This document shows, one piece after another, positions 41,909-51,902 of a stretch of 64,000 nt of DNA. A program made the translations under genes and the position numbers. The notes under the pieces are model-generated. The model saw only the letters and a program-made list of their open reading frames with translations, ran no database searches and was not told where the DNA came from. Numbering within the stretch: the stretch's first letter is position 1; each line of letters begins with the position of its first letter. The stretch comes from Sphaerochaeta sp. (GTDB taxonomy: Bacteria > Spirochaetota > Spirochaetia > Sphaerochaetales > Sphaerochaetaceae): the NCBI GenBank assembly GCA_022482495.1, contig JAKVPA010000003.1, positions 208,905-272,904 on the forward strand, written 5' to 3'.

Positions 41909-41945
41909 AACAGAACGACCTTCTGTGATATTTTCTTCTTATATT

Positions 41946-43166
41946 AAAAAATCCGAATCTGCACCGAGGTGATGGAGAAGTGCATTTGGAGGCTTGGAAT
42001 GCAGTTTATCTCCGATAACGGAGCAAAACAGGGAAGTCCATTGCTCTGGACAGCAACTTTTCAACCTTTTCGTATTTGTTTTCCGGCTTGTTCATGATCA
42101 CCGAGAACATATTGAGATAGCCCTGCAGTTCAAACCTCATGAAACCGGAATGCGCGCGCAGGAACAGTTGGAGAAGCCTGCAAAGGTCGTTTATCGGGTC
42201 AAGTGGATTGTCGTCGTCAGGCAGCTTCTTGATTTCCCTCGAGTCATATACCTCACTCTTCAAATTCAGTTTCTCCACCAGTTTCCGGTGGGACTTTTCC
42301 TTGTCGTGCACCAATGTGGAACCTGGGGCGATATGACTTGAAAAGACGTCCAGGGTTTTCTTTCCTGACGTCTTGCCTGTCCCCTCGAAGACAAACATCG
42401 ACTGTCCGTGGCTGTCACGGGCGACGCCTATGCAAAGCTGGTTCCTGGAAAGCCCCCTATACTCTGTGCCGTCATCATGGTGCTCGATATCGTCTGACCT
42501 GACCTTGCAGAACGTCTCGTCAATCCATATGCGGTCCTTGAGGACAACCTCGTCCTGGATCCCCTCAAGCAACAGGAATGTCTTGTCCATCCAATACATC
42601 GTCGTATTGTTGGAATTCCTGTTCACCTTTGAAGTTAGGCCGAAACTGCCGTACCCGAATATGTCCAGAAGGAACCCGATCCATTCGGAAATCGGTATCT
42701 TGTGGCTGTCGAATATGGTGTTCGTGATGGCGGTGAAGCGTCTCCCGCATGCGTTGCATTTGAACCTGGCGATACCGCCGCTCGATTTCCCGTCTTTGAC
42801 GATCTTGTCGGACCCGCACATCCTGCAGGTCTTCAGCTCGTACGAATTGATGAACTCGGATTCGTCCATCTCCTCAAAAGTCGGGTGCCTGTGCGCGTAA
42901 TCCCTCTCCGTACAGCGGTCTATGAAAGATTGGAGAGGTGTCGGATTCTTGTCCTCTGTCCAGGGAGTCCTTCTTCTTGACTTGGTCTTGATGTCTCTTT
43001 TCATGGGTGGTAGTCCAATGGTACTCGGGAATGACTTGTTCTTGGACTACCACATCTCGTAACAAATCATTCCTTCGTACGTAGCAAAGTATATCAGCTG
43101 CCAATGGTCGTTTTCAATCAATCTATCAGATGACGTTTATCACCTCGGTGCAGATTCGGATTTAAA
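41946..43166. mobile_element. IS1595-family insertion sequence with about 25-bp perfect terminal inverted repeats
   Basis: Left IR aaatccgaatctgcaccgaggtgat (41948-41973) and right IR atcacctcggtgcagattcggattt (43139-43163) are exact reverse complements. The element carries one transposase gene. Confidence 0.8.
42006..43004 (-). CDS. IS1595-family transposase (N-terminal zinc ribbon plus DDE domain)
   Basis: CRMCGSDKIVKDG...FKCNACGRRF zinc ribbon, then a DDE-type core. Confidence 0.75.
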   Translation of the reverse strand: MKRDIKTKSRRRTPWTEDKNPTPLQSFIDRCTERDYAHRHPTFEEMDESEFINSYELKTCRMCGSDKIVKDGKSSGGIARFKCNACGRRFTAITNTIFDSHKIPISEWIGFLLDIFGYGSFGLTSKVNRNSNNTTMYWMDKTFLLLEGIQDEVVLKDRIWIDETFCKVRSDDIEHHDDGTEYRGLSRNQLCIGVARDSHGQSMFVFEGTGKTSGKKTLDVFSSHIAPGSTLVHDKEKSHRKLVEKLNLKSEVYDSREIKKLPDDDNPLDPINDLCRLLQLFLRAHSGFMRFELQGYLNMFSVIMNKPENKYEKVEKLLSRAMDFPVLLRYRR

Positions 43167-43485
43167 TACAACAATATGGGAACAAAATAAAGGTTGAAGG
43201 TATTGTTGTTCTTAACATACCTCTAGATTAGAATCCGAAGCTGAAGTCGAGAAATGTAATCATCAAAACTACGTTTACGACTTGGCTTTAAGTCTTTCCA
43301 AACGTAAACGCTATAACCCATTGATATTTCGAGAGTTATGATTTGAACATAAACGCCCCTTATTTATCTTGCCCAATGTAAACATTACTATCAGATTCAA
43401 ACCATTCCATATTTTTTAAAGCCTATTTTCCAAATTGAGAGACTTCTGAATTGAAAATTTCCTAAACAAGAAATACACTATCAAT
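43167..43485. promoter_or_regulatory. AT-rich leader/promoter region of the BREX operon with an imperfect inverted repeat
   Basis: acgtttacgacttgg ... ccaaacgtaaacgc, and gtaaaca recurs downstream. Confidence 0.3.
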
Positions 43486-43689
43486 ATGCTTTCGATTGAC
43501 GATTATTCAACAGCCAAGGAAATGGCGGAGCGTTGGGGGGTTACCGTCAGGATGGTCATCCATTATTGCGACCGGAATCTGATTCCGGATGCTGTCAAAA
43601 AAGGCAATCTCTGGCTCATCCCGACAAATACTGAAAAGCCTGAAGACAGAAGATTGAAGGCATTCAAAAAACAGAGGACTGATGAATGA
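43486..43689 (+). CDS. Small HTH_17/excisionase-type (MerR-like) DNA-binding protein, first gene of the BREX operon
   Basis: YSTAKEMAERWGVTVRMVIHYCDRNLIPDAVKKGNLWLIP. Its stop overlaps the brxA start (ATGA). Confidence 0.6.
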   Translation: MLSIDDYSTAKEMAERWGVTVRMVIHYCDRNLIPDAVKKGNLWLIPTNTEKPEDRRLKAFKKQRTDE

Positions 43690-44270
43690 ATGATAGGCTC
43701 TCATTGCCAACCATATCCGGGCTGGCAATCAATCCAGCCTCATGGCTGGCAAAACGATATCTTGAAACCAAAGACTGGGAACCATGCCGGAAGGAGGCTA
43801 TGGAAAACAATCTCATGAAGATTGAGAAAAATGCCTCCGCAGCAAGATATCTTGCATATACGATGAAGCTTCTCCGCTCTCTTGATGACAGAGAGCTTCA
43901 ATTGCTTGCTTCTCTGAATGCAGATACACAGCGTGCAATGATGTGGCTTGCTTTCTGCAGGACGTATCCGTTGATAGGGAAGTTTGCAGACACTGTAATC
44001 AATCAGAAATACATTCAACATGATTTTCATCTGTCCCCTGGAGAATGGAATGAATTTCTCTCACGGGAAAGCTGTGAGCACCAGGAAATAGAAAATATAG
44101 GAAAGGCCTCAAGGCTGAAGGCAAAATCCGTGTTGTTCGGAAATCTCAAGAGTCTTGGATATCTTTCATCGTCAAACGAGCTGAAGGAAGCCATGCTTGC
44201 AAATGAAGCAGTCGTAGCAATCGGATCTGATATTAGATTCTTTCCATGTATTGCCGGAGGTTCCAGATGA
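43686..44270 (+). CDS. brxA: BREX protein BrxA (DUF1819)
   Basis: About 190 aa, in the expected position and size for brxA of a type 1 BREX locus. It is coupled to brxB by an ATGA overlap. Confidence 0.7.
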   Translation: MNDRLSLPTISGLAINPASWLAKRYLETKDWEPCRKEAMENNLMKIEKNASAARYLAYTMKLLRSLDDRELQLLASLNADTQRAMMWLAFCRTYPLIGKFADTVINQKYIQHDFHLSPGEWNEFLSRESCEHQEIENIGKASRLKAKSVLFGNLKSLGYLSSSNELKEAMLANEAVVAIGSDIRFFPCIAGGSR

Positions 44271-44869
44271 GCAGCAAGGAAATGACCTATAACGAAAGAT
44301 ATGCCTTTCTTCTTGATCTTCTTGATGATGACAAATTCATTCGGAAGAAATATGTCGGTGCTGAGATCCCGAACTACATCTGTGCATTTCCACCAGAAGA
44401 TGTCAGCTCATACAACGACATGCTGGAAAATCTAGCAAAGGCTTTAACCAGTAAAGGACGAAAAGTTCTCAAGGTTAACGTGTATGAGATCATGATTGAA
44501 ATGCTTAAGGATTCAGGCGACTTTGAAGATTATCTGGAAGAGCCATCCCTGACACATAAGAAGATCATGGAGGATTTCGAAGGTGTGCTCGACAATGACA
44601 CGGAGTTCGCTCCGAAGGTTGCATCGATTATCAATGAAAGCGTTCCAGGTATCGTTCTCATGAACGGTATCGGAGAGGCTTATCCTTTCATCAGAATCCA
44701 TACGCTTCTTGAAAAGCTGCCGACATTACTCAAACGACTTGTCCCGATAGTCGTCTTCTATCCAGGAAATTACGACAAGGTCACAGGCAGTTCTGCCTTG
44801 CAGCTTTTCGGGAAGCTTGAACATAAGAACTACTACAGAGCATTCAACATATTCACGGAGGTTCGCTGA
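44267..44869 (+). CDS. brxB: BREX protein BrxB (DUF1788)
   Basis: About 200 aa, between brxA and brxC. It overlaps the brxC start by 1 nt (TGATG). Confidence 0.7.
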   Translation: MSSKEMTYNERYAFLLDLLDDDKFIRKKYVGAEIPNYICAFPPEDVSSYNDMLENLAKALTSKGRKVLKVNVYEIMIEMLKDSGDFEDYLEEPSLTHKKIMEDFEGVLDNDTEFAPKVASIINESVPGIVLMNGIGEAYPFIRIHTLLEKLPTLLKRLVPIVVFYPGNYDKVTGSSALQLFGKLEHKNYYRAFNIFTEVR

Positions 44870-47800
44870 TGCCACTGAAATTCGAATCCATCTTCACCAA
44901 TCAGATTGCCAGGGACATAAATGGAGTCATCAATACTGATAGCCAGTCCACTCTTGGAGAGGAGTTCAGCGAATACGTAATCACGAATGAAGTCGCAAAC
45001 TGTCTCGATGGTTTCTTTGAGAAATACAACGAGCACAATCCTATCTACAACGGTGTCTGGATCTCAGGCTTCTTCGGTTGCGGTAAATCACACCTGTTGA
45101 AGATTCTCTCATACCTCATCGCAAACAGCGATATCGATGGGAAGAAGGCTGTCTCGTATTTCGACAACAAGCTCAATGATAATCCGATGCTTCTTGGGCA
45201 GATGAGAAAAGCTGCTGGAATTCCATCCGAGAGCATCCTTTTCAACATCGTCCAGTACAACCAGAATGACAAGTCAGAGCCGATTCTCCACATCTTCCAG
45301 AGGAAGTTCTATGAGCATTGCGGTTACTTTGGAATAAATCCGAAAATCGCTGCATTCGAGATGGAACTCGACAAGGAAGGCCTCTTTGAGAAGTTCAAGG
45401 AAGTCTTCAACCAGGTTTCAGGCAAGGTCTGGGAAGAGGCGAGAAAGAAGCCCAACATCAACAACAGACATATCGCCAAAGCCTTTGCTGAGGTCACAGG
45501 AAATGCTGAAGATCAGGATCTTCTTGACAGCTATGAAGCTGAAATCAGCATTCACGACTTCGCAGTGCAGGTGAAGGAATACATGGATTCTAAAGGATCC
45601 GATTTCCGTCTCAATTTCTTTGTCGATGAAGTCGGTCAGTTTGTTGCAAGATCAAGCCGCCTCATGGTTGATCTCCAGGAGATTGCAACCAGCCTCAGTT
45701 CTGTTACTGCCAACAGGTCCTGGGTCATGGTCACAAGCCAGGATGAGCTTGAGAAGTTCGTGAAGAACCTCGACAAGCAGGACAAGACAGATATCAGCAA
45801 GATCATGGGCAGATTCTATGTGAAGATGTCACTGTCCAATGCCAACGTCAATGAAGTCATCCAGAAGAGGCTTCTTGAGAAGAATGAAGAAGGCAAGAAG
45901 ATTGTCGGATCTGCATATGAGATCCAGAAAGAGAACTTCAACACACTCTTCCAGTTCGTGAACGGGCCGAAAAAATACAGGGTATACAGGGACAAGGATG
46001 AGTTCGTCACGACATATCCATTCGTCACATACCAGTTCGACATGTTCAAGACTACACTTGAAACATTGTCATTGCACAATGCATTCCCAGGTGAGTACAC
46101 GTCAACTGGAGCGAGATCCATGCTTGACGTTTTCCACAAGGTTCTCAGGGACTTTGCGGAGAAAGAAGATTCAAATGTAGGGACATCGCTCATTCCTTAT
46201 GACGTTATGTATGACGGTCTCAAGGATCTCCTGAAAGAGAACTTCAAGAGATCGATAGATCTTGCCGAGAACAACATTGTTGATAACCCGTTTGCAATCA
46301 GAGTCCTGAAGGCACTCCTTCTTGTGAAATACCTTCAGAGGGAATTCAAGCCGACAGCGCATAATCTCAGCGTGCTCCTGCTTACAAGCTTCAATGACAA
46401 CCCTGCAGAGCTTGTCGAGAAGACAGAAGAGGCTCTGTTGAGGCTCACGAAGGAAACCTACATCCAGCGAAATGGCGACCAATATGACTTCCTGACAAAC
46501 GAGGAAAAGGATGTCGAGGAGGAGATAAAGCAGACCTATGTTCCTCCGAAAGATCTCACAGATGAGGTCAAGGCAATCATCTATGACAATATCCTTTCCG
46601 GAGTTACAAAGGCTCAAGATGAAAGAAATCTCACAAGCTATCAGTTCACAAGAAAGATAGACGGAGAGACTGTTGTCTCAAGGAATGCAGAACTGAGCAT
46701 CAACATCCTCACTCCATTCAGCGGAAGCGATTCGCATCCTGAGTACAGCGATACCCTCACATCTCCTGATACAGAGCTAGTGATGCTTTTAAAGCCAGAC
46801 AAGAGGCTTGCAGATGACCTTCTTCTCTACCTGAAGACAAAACAGTATGTGAAGAACAATGCTGGAATGACTGTTTCTGAAGACAGGGAAAAAGTTCTCA
46901 AGGCAAAAGGTGAGAGAAACACGACAAGACGTGAGGAGATTGAGAATGCAGTCAGGGATATGATGAGCGAGGCTGAGTTCTATGTCTCAGGCACAGCTCT
47001 TGATGTAACATCTTCATCTAGAATCGATGCTCGTGTTGAAAGGGCTTTCCAGATTCTCATTGAGAAAGTCTATCCGAACTTGAAGATGATCACAAAAGAG
47101 TCATCAGGAGAGATGAATGCAAGAGGCCTCATTGACAAGAATGTCGATTCCGAGCTCTTTAAGGAGTCAGCATCAGAAGCCGAGACGCAGATCCTCAATC
47201 AGCTGAGGATCGATAAGGAGAGGATCACCACAACAATCTCGTCTCTTCTTGATAAGTTCAGGAAGAAGCCATACGGCTGGCCTGAGACGGCACTGATCTA
47301 CAACCTCATCCTTCTTATGAGGAAGAGCCTCATCAACATTAAGAAGGATGGAAAGGTCGTTGATAATCCTGCAACTCTGAAAGGATTCCTGTTCTCATCT
47401 TCACAGTATGGTCAGACTGTAATCGAGCTCTGCCAGGATATTGATCCAAAGAGAATCAAGGAGCTCAAGAACTTCATTTTTGACTTCACAAACCTGAAGT
47501 GTTCGTATGACGATGCAAAGAACACTGCCAGAATGGCCGCAGATGCAATAAAGAAGACCTATGATGATGTGAGAGACAAAGCCTACTCGCTCAGATACCC
47601 GTTCACTGAGAGCATAAAGGACAAGCTGAAGCTCCTTCAGAATGTTGTAGGACAGGATTATCTCTGGTTCTTCTCTGATGAATTTGAAGACATAAGCGAT
47701 GAGATTCTCGAGGCAAAAGAGGATTATTTTGATAAATTCCTCATATTTACCAGCAGAAAAGAGAACATCGAAAAGTATGAGGATGCTGAACGCCTCATCA

Positions 47801-48342
47801 AACGCAATGAGAGCATAAAGGATCAGCTTGATACTGAATCCTGGAATAAGATTATCGCCATACTGAACGACAAAAACCTATACAGCAATTCATCACTCAG
47901 TGAACTTGATAAACATGTCAGTGCACTCAAGCTCAGCATCTCCCAGCTTGTGACAAAGGCAAAGAATGATGCCCTTGATGATTTCGAGAAATACGCAGAG
48001 TCTGTCCAGAAGGAGACAGCCTATCGTCTGCTCGGAGAAGACCAGAAGGAACATATCAACAGCCTGGTATCAACGGCAAAGACAAAGATAGCAGCAATCT
48101 CTTCGATTGATGAGCTCAACAATACAAACACATTCACCATCAAGGATACGAAGCGTCAGATCAGTGCACTCCTTGAAGAAGGTAAGGAGAAAGCCCAGGA
48201 GAAGAAGATTATCAGGCTTTCAGCAATCCAGGCGTCTCACGTCACTGCTCCTATCAAGACGGCAGATGATGTAACTGCATTCATTGAGAAGCTCAAGAAG
48301 GAAATGATGGACAGAATCAACGAAGGATATACGGTGGAATAA
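44869..48342 (+). CDS. brxC: BREX ATPase BrxC/PglY
   Basis: 1157 aa with an N-terminal P-loop GFFGCGKSHLLKIL and a long alpha-helical C-terminal region. Confidence 0.85.
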   Translation: MPLKFESIFTNQIARDINGVINTDSQSTLGEEFSEYVITNEVANCLDGFFEKYNEHNPIYNGVWISGFFGCGKSHLLKILSYLIANSDIDGKKAVSYFDNKLNDNPMLLGQMRKAAGIPSESILFNIVQYNQNDKSEPILHIFQRKFYEHCGYFGINPKIAAFEMELDKEGLFEKFKEVFNQVSGKVWEEARKKPNINNRHIAKAFAEVTGNAEDQDLLDSYEAEISIHDFAVQVKEYMDSKGSDFRLNFFVDEVGQFVARSSRLMVDLQEIATSLSSVTANRSWVMVTSQDELEKFVKNLDKQDKTDISKIMGRFYVKMSLSNANVNEVIQKRLLEKNEEGKKIVGSAYEIQKENFNTLFQFVNGPKKYRVYRDKDEFVTTYPFVTYQFDMFKTTLETLSLHNAFPGEYTSTGARSMLDVFHKVLRDFAEKEDSNVGTSLIPYDVMYDGLKDLLKENFKRSIDLAENNIVDNPFAIRVLKALLLVKYLQREFKPTAHNLSVLLLTSFNDNPAELVEKTEEALLRLTKETYIQRNGDQYDFLTNEEKDVEEEIKQTYVPPKDLTDEVKAIIYDNILSGVTKAQDERNLTSYQFTRKIDGETVVSRNAELSINILTPFSGSDSHPEYSDTLTSPDTELVMLLKPDKRLADDLLLYLKTKQYVKNNAGMTVSEDREKVLKAKGERNTTRREEIENAVRDMMSEAEFYVSGTALDVTSSSRIDARVERAFQILIEKVYPNLKMITKESSGEMNARGLIDKNVDSELFKESASEAETQILNQLRIDKERITTTISSLLDKFRKKPYGWPETALIYNLILLMRKSLINIKKDGKVVDNPATLKGFLFSSSQYGQTVIELCQDIDPKRIKELKNFIFDFTNLKCSYDDAKNTARMAADAIKKTYDDVRDKAYSLRYPFTESIKDKLKLLQNVVGQDYLWFFSDEFEDISDEILEAKEDYFDKFLIFTSRKENIEKYEDAERLIKRNESIKDQLDTESWNKIIAILNDKNLYSNSSLSELDKHVSALKLSISQLVTKAKNDALDDFEKYAESVQKETAYRLLGEDQKEHINSLVSTAKTKIAAISSIDELNNTNTFTIKDTKRQISALLEEGKEKAQEKKIIRLSAIQASHVTAPIKTADDVTAFIEKLKKEMMDRINEGYTVE

Positions 48343-48343
48343 T

Positions 48344-51300
48344 ATGAAAGGAAGCGCACTTGAACGATTTGCACAGGAAGCAAGAATACAGCTACAGAAA
48401 GAAGTAAGAGCCAGACTCAATCTGATTCAGAAAGGTGATGCCTCAATCGACCTCATCGAGAACAGGAATGCAGTGAATGCACTTAACAAGCATCTTGAGG
48501 AACTCAAAGGTGATGAAGAAGCTCTTGTTGAGGAAGTCGCATACACATGGTTCAACAGAATCTCTGCTCTCCGATTCATGGATGCATCCGGTTACAATGC
48601 CACGCTGATAGTCTCCCCGTCAGAAGGAAAGACACTACCTGAAATTCTTTCTGAGGCACTTTCTGGAATCATTGATGAAGATGTTGTCACAAGCATAAAA
48701 GATAGGGAAAGAATCCGTGGTCTTGTTGACGGCTCAATTACATCAAAGAATCCACAGGCCGAAATCTACCGTATCCTTCTTGTCGCTTCATGCAATCATC
48801 TCAACAACAGCCTTCCTCTTCTCTTTGAGAAGATTGAGGACTATACAGACCTCCTTCTTCCAGATGATCTTCTCTCATCAGAGTCCATAATCACAAAGAC
48901 GGTGAATGCCATCAGCGAGGAAGACACCGCATCCGTCGAGATCATCGGCTGGCTCTATCAGTACTACATTTCAGAAAAGAAGGATGAGGCCTTCGCTTCA
49001 TTCAAGAAAGGAAAGAAGGCTGGCAAGGATGAAATTCCGGCTGCAACCCAGCTCTTCACTCCAGAGTGGATTGTCCGATATCTTGTTGAGAATTCTCTTG
49101 GACGACTATGGATGCTCAATCATCCTGAATCAAATCTCAAGAGTAGGATGAAGTATTTTATAGAACCAACCGACAAGGAAACGGACTTCATCAGACTCTC
49201 AAGTCCAGAAGAGATCAAAGTACTCGATCCATGCTGCGGATCCGGACATATGCTCACATATGCATTCGATCTTCTTTTTGACATCTACGCCGAGTGTGGA
49301 TACACGGACAATGATGCTGTAAAGCACATCATCGAAGACAACCTCTATGGCATTGAAATTGATAAACGTGCTGGGCAGCTTGCTTACTTTGCCCTCATGA
49401 TGAAAGCCCGTGAGAGAAGCAGAAGAATACTGAGAAAAGGAATTGAACCCAACATTTGCATTCTCCAGAAAGTCGAATTTGACAAAGAAGAGCTTCCAAA
49501 CGTCATAAACCTCTTTGAAAATCCATCTCTGACAATCATGGATCTGATGAACGATTTCAAAGATGCAGACATCCTCGGATCTCTCATCACTCCATCGATA
49601 TCGAACATAGCTGCACTGAAAGCAACACTCAGGAAAGATCTGGAATCCGGAGACATGCTTTCAGATGAATACACCCTCGCAAAAAGGGTAAAGGCAGTAT
49701 TGGATCAGGCTGAGTATCTGGCAGGGAAATACAGCATTGTAATCACAAACCCACCGTACCTTGCCCCTTCTTCATCAGATCCGATACTTCAGAACTTCGC
49801 TAAAGGCCAGTACCCAAACAGCAAAACAGATACCGGTACGATGTTCATTGAACGCAACTTCAAATTCATCCCTAAGAATGGCTATGTTGCAATGATTACC
49901 TTGCATAGCTGGATGTTCCTTTCAAGTTTTGAAAAACTGAGAGATGAAGTCATTAACAACAGATCAATCCTTTCTATGATTCATATTGGAGCAAGGGGCT
50001 TTGATACAATCGGTGGCGAGGTAGTTTCCACAACTGCGTATGTCCTCTCTGGGGAGAATGGGACCACAGGGGTTAAGGGGCAGTATGTCCGTCTTGTTGA
50101 TGGCCAATCTGAAGCGGAAAAATCCAATTCACTATCCGTTGCAATCTCAAATCATGATTGTGGATATTACTTTGAAGTATCAGCAGATCAGTTTGAGAAG
50201 ATTCCAGGAAGTCCGATTGCTTACTGGGCATCTCCGCGTGTAAGAGAAATCTATTCTTCATCTGTATCAGCTGGAACAATTGCCGAATTCAAACATGGAA
50301 TGAGTACTGGTAAAAATGAAGCAGTTGTCAGGTTCTGGCCTGAGGTCATATTCTCTGACATCGCATTCAATTCTACCTCACATGAAAGTTTCTATTTTTC
50401 TGGAAAAAAATTTGTTCCATATAATAAAGGAGGAGAATATAGGAAATGGTATGGTAATCAAGAGTATATCCTAGGATATGATAAAAAATACGATGCTCTG
50501 ATGGATTCTTTCTCAGGTCATAGGCATGACAATAAAGATACATATTTCAAAGAAAATATTTCTTGGTCCAAGATTTCCAGTGGAGATTTGGCAATGAGAT
50601 TTTTTCCACATGGTTTTGTCTATGATGTTGCAGGCTGTTCCGCATTTACTACTCATGTATATATCAAATATCTACTTGCTTTCTTTAATCTAAAGGTTAA
50701 AGATTTACTTGTTTCTGCATTATCTCCGACATTAAACTTTGAGGTTGGGCAACTAAGGAATGCTCCAATTATCATAAAAGAATCATCGATTGAAAATGTT
50801 TCAAAACAAGTAGATAAGAGTATTTCAATCTCTAAAGCTGACTGGGACTCCTTCGAAACCTCTTGGGATTTCTCCATTCATCCTTTGCTTGATAAGAACA
50901 TCATTGAGACTGATGGCTTCGCATTTGATGATGATCTGGAGCTTCAGGAATATCTTGGAGATGATGAGTATACCAAGATTTTCAAGAATGGAATTGATGG
51001 TTCAAGGACTGCATGGAGCCCCATTGAGTTTGCATATCTCCGTTATAAGGACTGGGCTAACAAGGCATTCTTTCACCTAAAGAAGAATGAGGAAGAGCTG
51101 AACAGAATCTTCATCGATATCTATGGTCTTCAGGATGAGCTTACTCCGGAAGAAGATGATTCGATGGTGTCAGTGCATAGGATCTTTGATTCAAAGGCAG
51201 AGATTCCAGAGTCAATGAAGAAAGGACAGTATGCACTTACCAAGGAAGATGTCATCAAGTCATTCATCTCCTATGTGGTCGGCTGCATGTTTGGACGCTA

Positions 51301-51901
51301 TGATGCTTCACGCCTAGGGCTTGCATTTGCAGGTGGTGATTTTGATATCTCCTCATACTCTGAATTTGTTCCAGATGCAGATAACGTCATTCCTGTTCTT
51401 GGAGACTCCTGGTTCAAGAACGATGCTGAGACTTATTTCATCAAGTTTGTTGAGAAAGTATTCGGACATGACAGTCTCAATGAAAATCTCAAGTTCATTG
51501 AGAATGCTCTTGGGAAATCAATCAGGGAATACTTCTATAAGGACTTCTACAAGGATCATCTGAAGACTTATCAGAAGAGGCCGATCTACTGGATGTTCTC
51601 ATCTCCAAAGGGATATTTCCAGGCATTGGTATACATGCACCGTTATAATGAGAATACAGCAAATATCGTGCTGGATTACCTGAGAAAGTTCAGAGAAAAG
51701 ATTCAGTTCCAGATAAAACTGGCAGACGAGGCGGGTGAGACCAAGAAGAAGGTCGAATATGAGAATATAGACAAGGATCTCAATGATTATGAGGTGAATA
51801 TCCTTTTTCCTCTTGCAATCAAGCATCTTACATTCGATCTTGATGATGGAGTGAAGGTGAATTATCAGAAGCTCGGGAATGCTCTGAAACCAATCAAGTG
51901 A
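48344..51901 (+). CDS. pglX: BREX adenine-specific DNA methyltransferase PglX
   Basis: 1185 aa. SAM-binding region VLDPCCGSGHML and catalytic motif ITNPPY (YSIVITNPPYLAP). Confidence 0.85.
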   Translation: MKGSALERFAQEARIQLQKEVRARLNLIQKGDASIDLIENRNAVNALNKHLEELKGDEEALVEEVAYTWFNRISALRFMDASGYNATLIVSPSEGKTLPEILSEALSGIIDEDVVTSIKDRERIRGLVDGSITSKNPQAEIYRILLVASCNHLNNSLPLLFEKIEDYTDLLLPDDLLSSESIITKTVNAISEEDTASVEIIGWLYQYYISEKKDEAFASFKKGKKAGKDEIPAATQLFTPEWIVRYLVENSLGRLWMLNHPESNLKSRMKYFIEPTDKETDFIRLSSPEEIKVLDPCCGSGHMLTYAFDLLFDIYAECGYTDNDAVKHIIEDNLYGIEIDKRAGQLAYFALMMKARERSRRILRKGIEPNICILQKVEFDKEELPNVINLFENPSLTIMDLMNDFKDADILGSLITPSISNIAALKATLRKDLESGDMLSDEYTLAKRVKAVLDQAEYLAGKYSIVITNPPYLAPSSSDPILQNFAKGQYPNSKTDTGTMFIERNFKFIPKNGYVAMITLHSWMFLSSFEKLRDEVINNRSILSMIHIGARGFDTIGGEVVSTTAYVLSGENGTTGVKGQYVRLVDGQSEAEKSNSLSVAISNHDCGYYFEVSADQFEKIPGSPIAYWASPRVREIYSSSVSAGTIAEFKHGMSTGKNEAVVRFWPEVIFSDIAFNSTSHESFYFSGKKFVPYNKGGEYRKWYGNQEYILGYDKKYDALMDSFSGHRHDNKDTYFKENISWSKISSGDLAMRFFPHGFVYDVAGCSAFTTHVYIKYLLAFFNLKVKDLLVSALSPTLNFEVGQLRNAPIIIKESSIENVSKQVDKSISISKADWDSFETSWDFSIHPLLDKNIIETDGFAFDDDLELQEYLGDDEYTKIFKNGIDGSRTAWSPIEFAYLRYKDWANKAFFHLKKNEEELNRIFIDIYGLQDELTPEEDDSMVSVHRIFDSKAEIPESMKKGQYALTKEDVIKSFISYVVGCMFGRYDASRLGLAFAGGDFDISSYSEFVPDADNVIPVLGDSWFKNDAETYFIKFVEKVFGHDSLNENLKFIENALGKSIREYFYKDFYKDHLKTYQKRPIYWMFSSPKGYFQALVYMHRYNENTANIVLDYLRKFREKIQFQIKLADEAGETKKKVEYENIDKDLNDYEVNILFPLAIKHLTFDLDDGVKVNYQKLGNALKPIK

Positions 51902-51902
51902 G

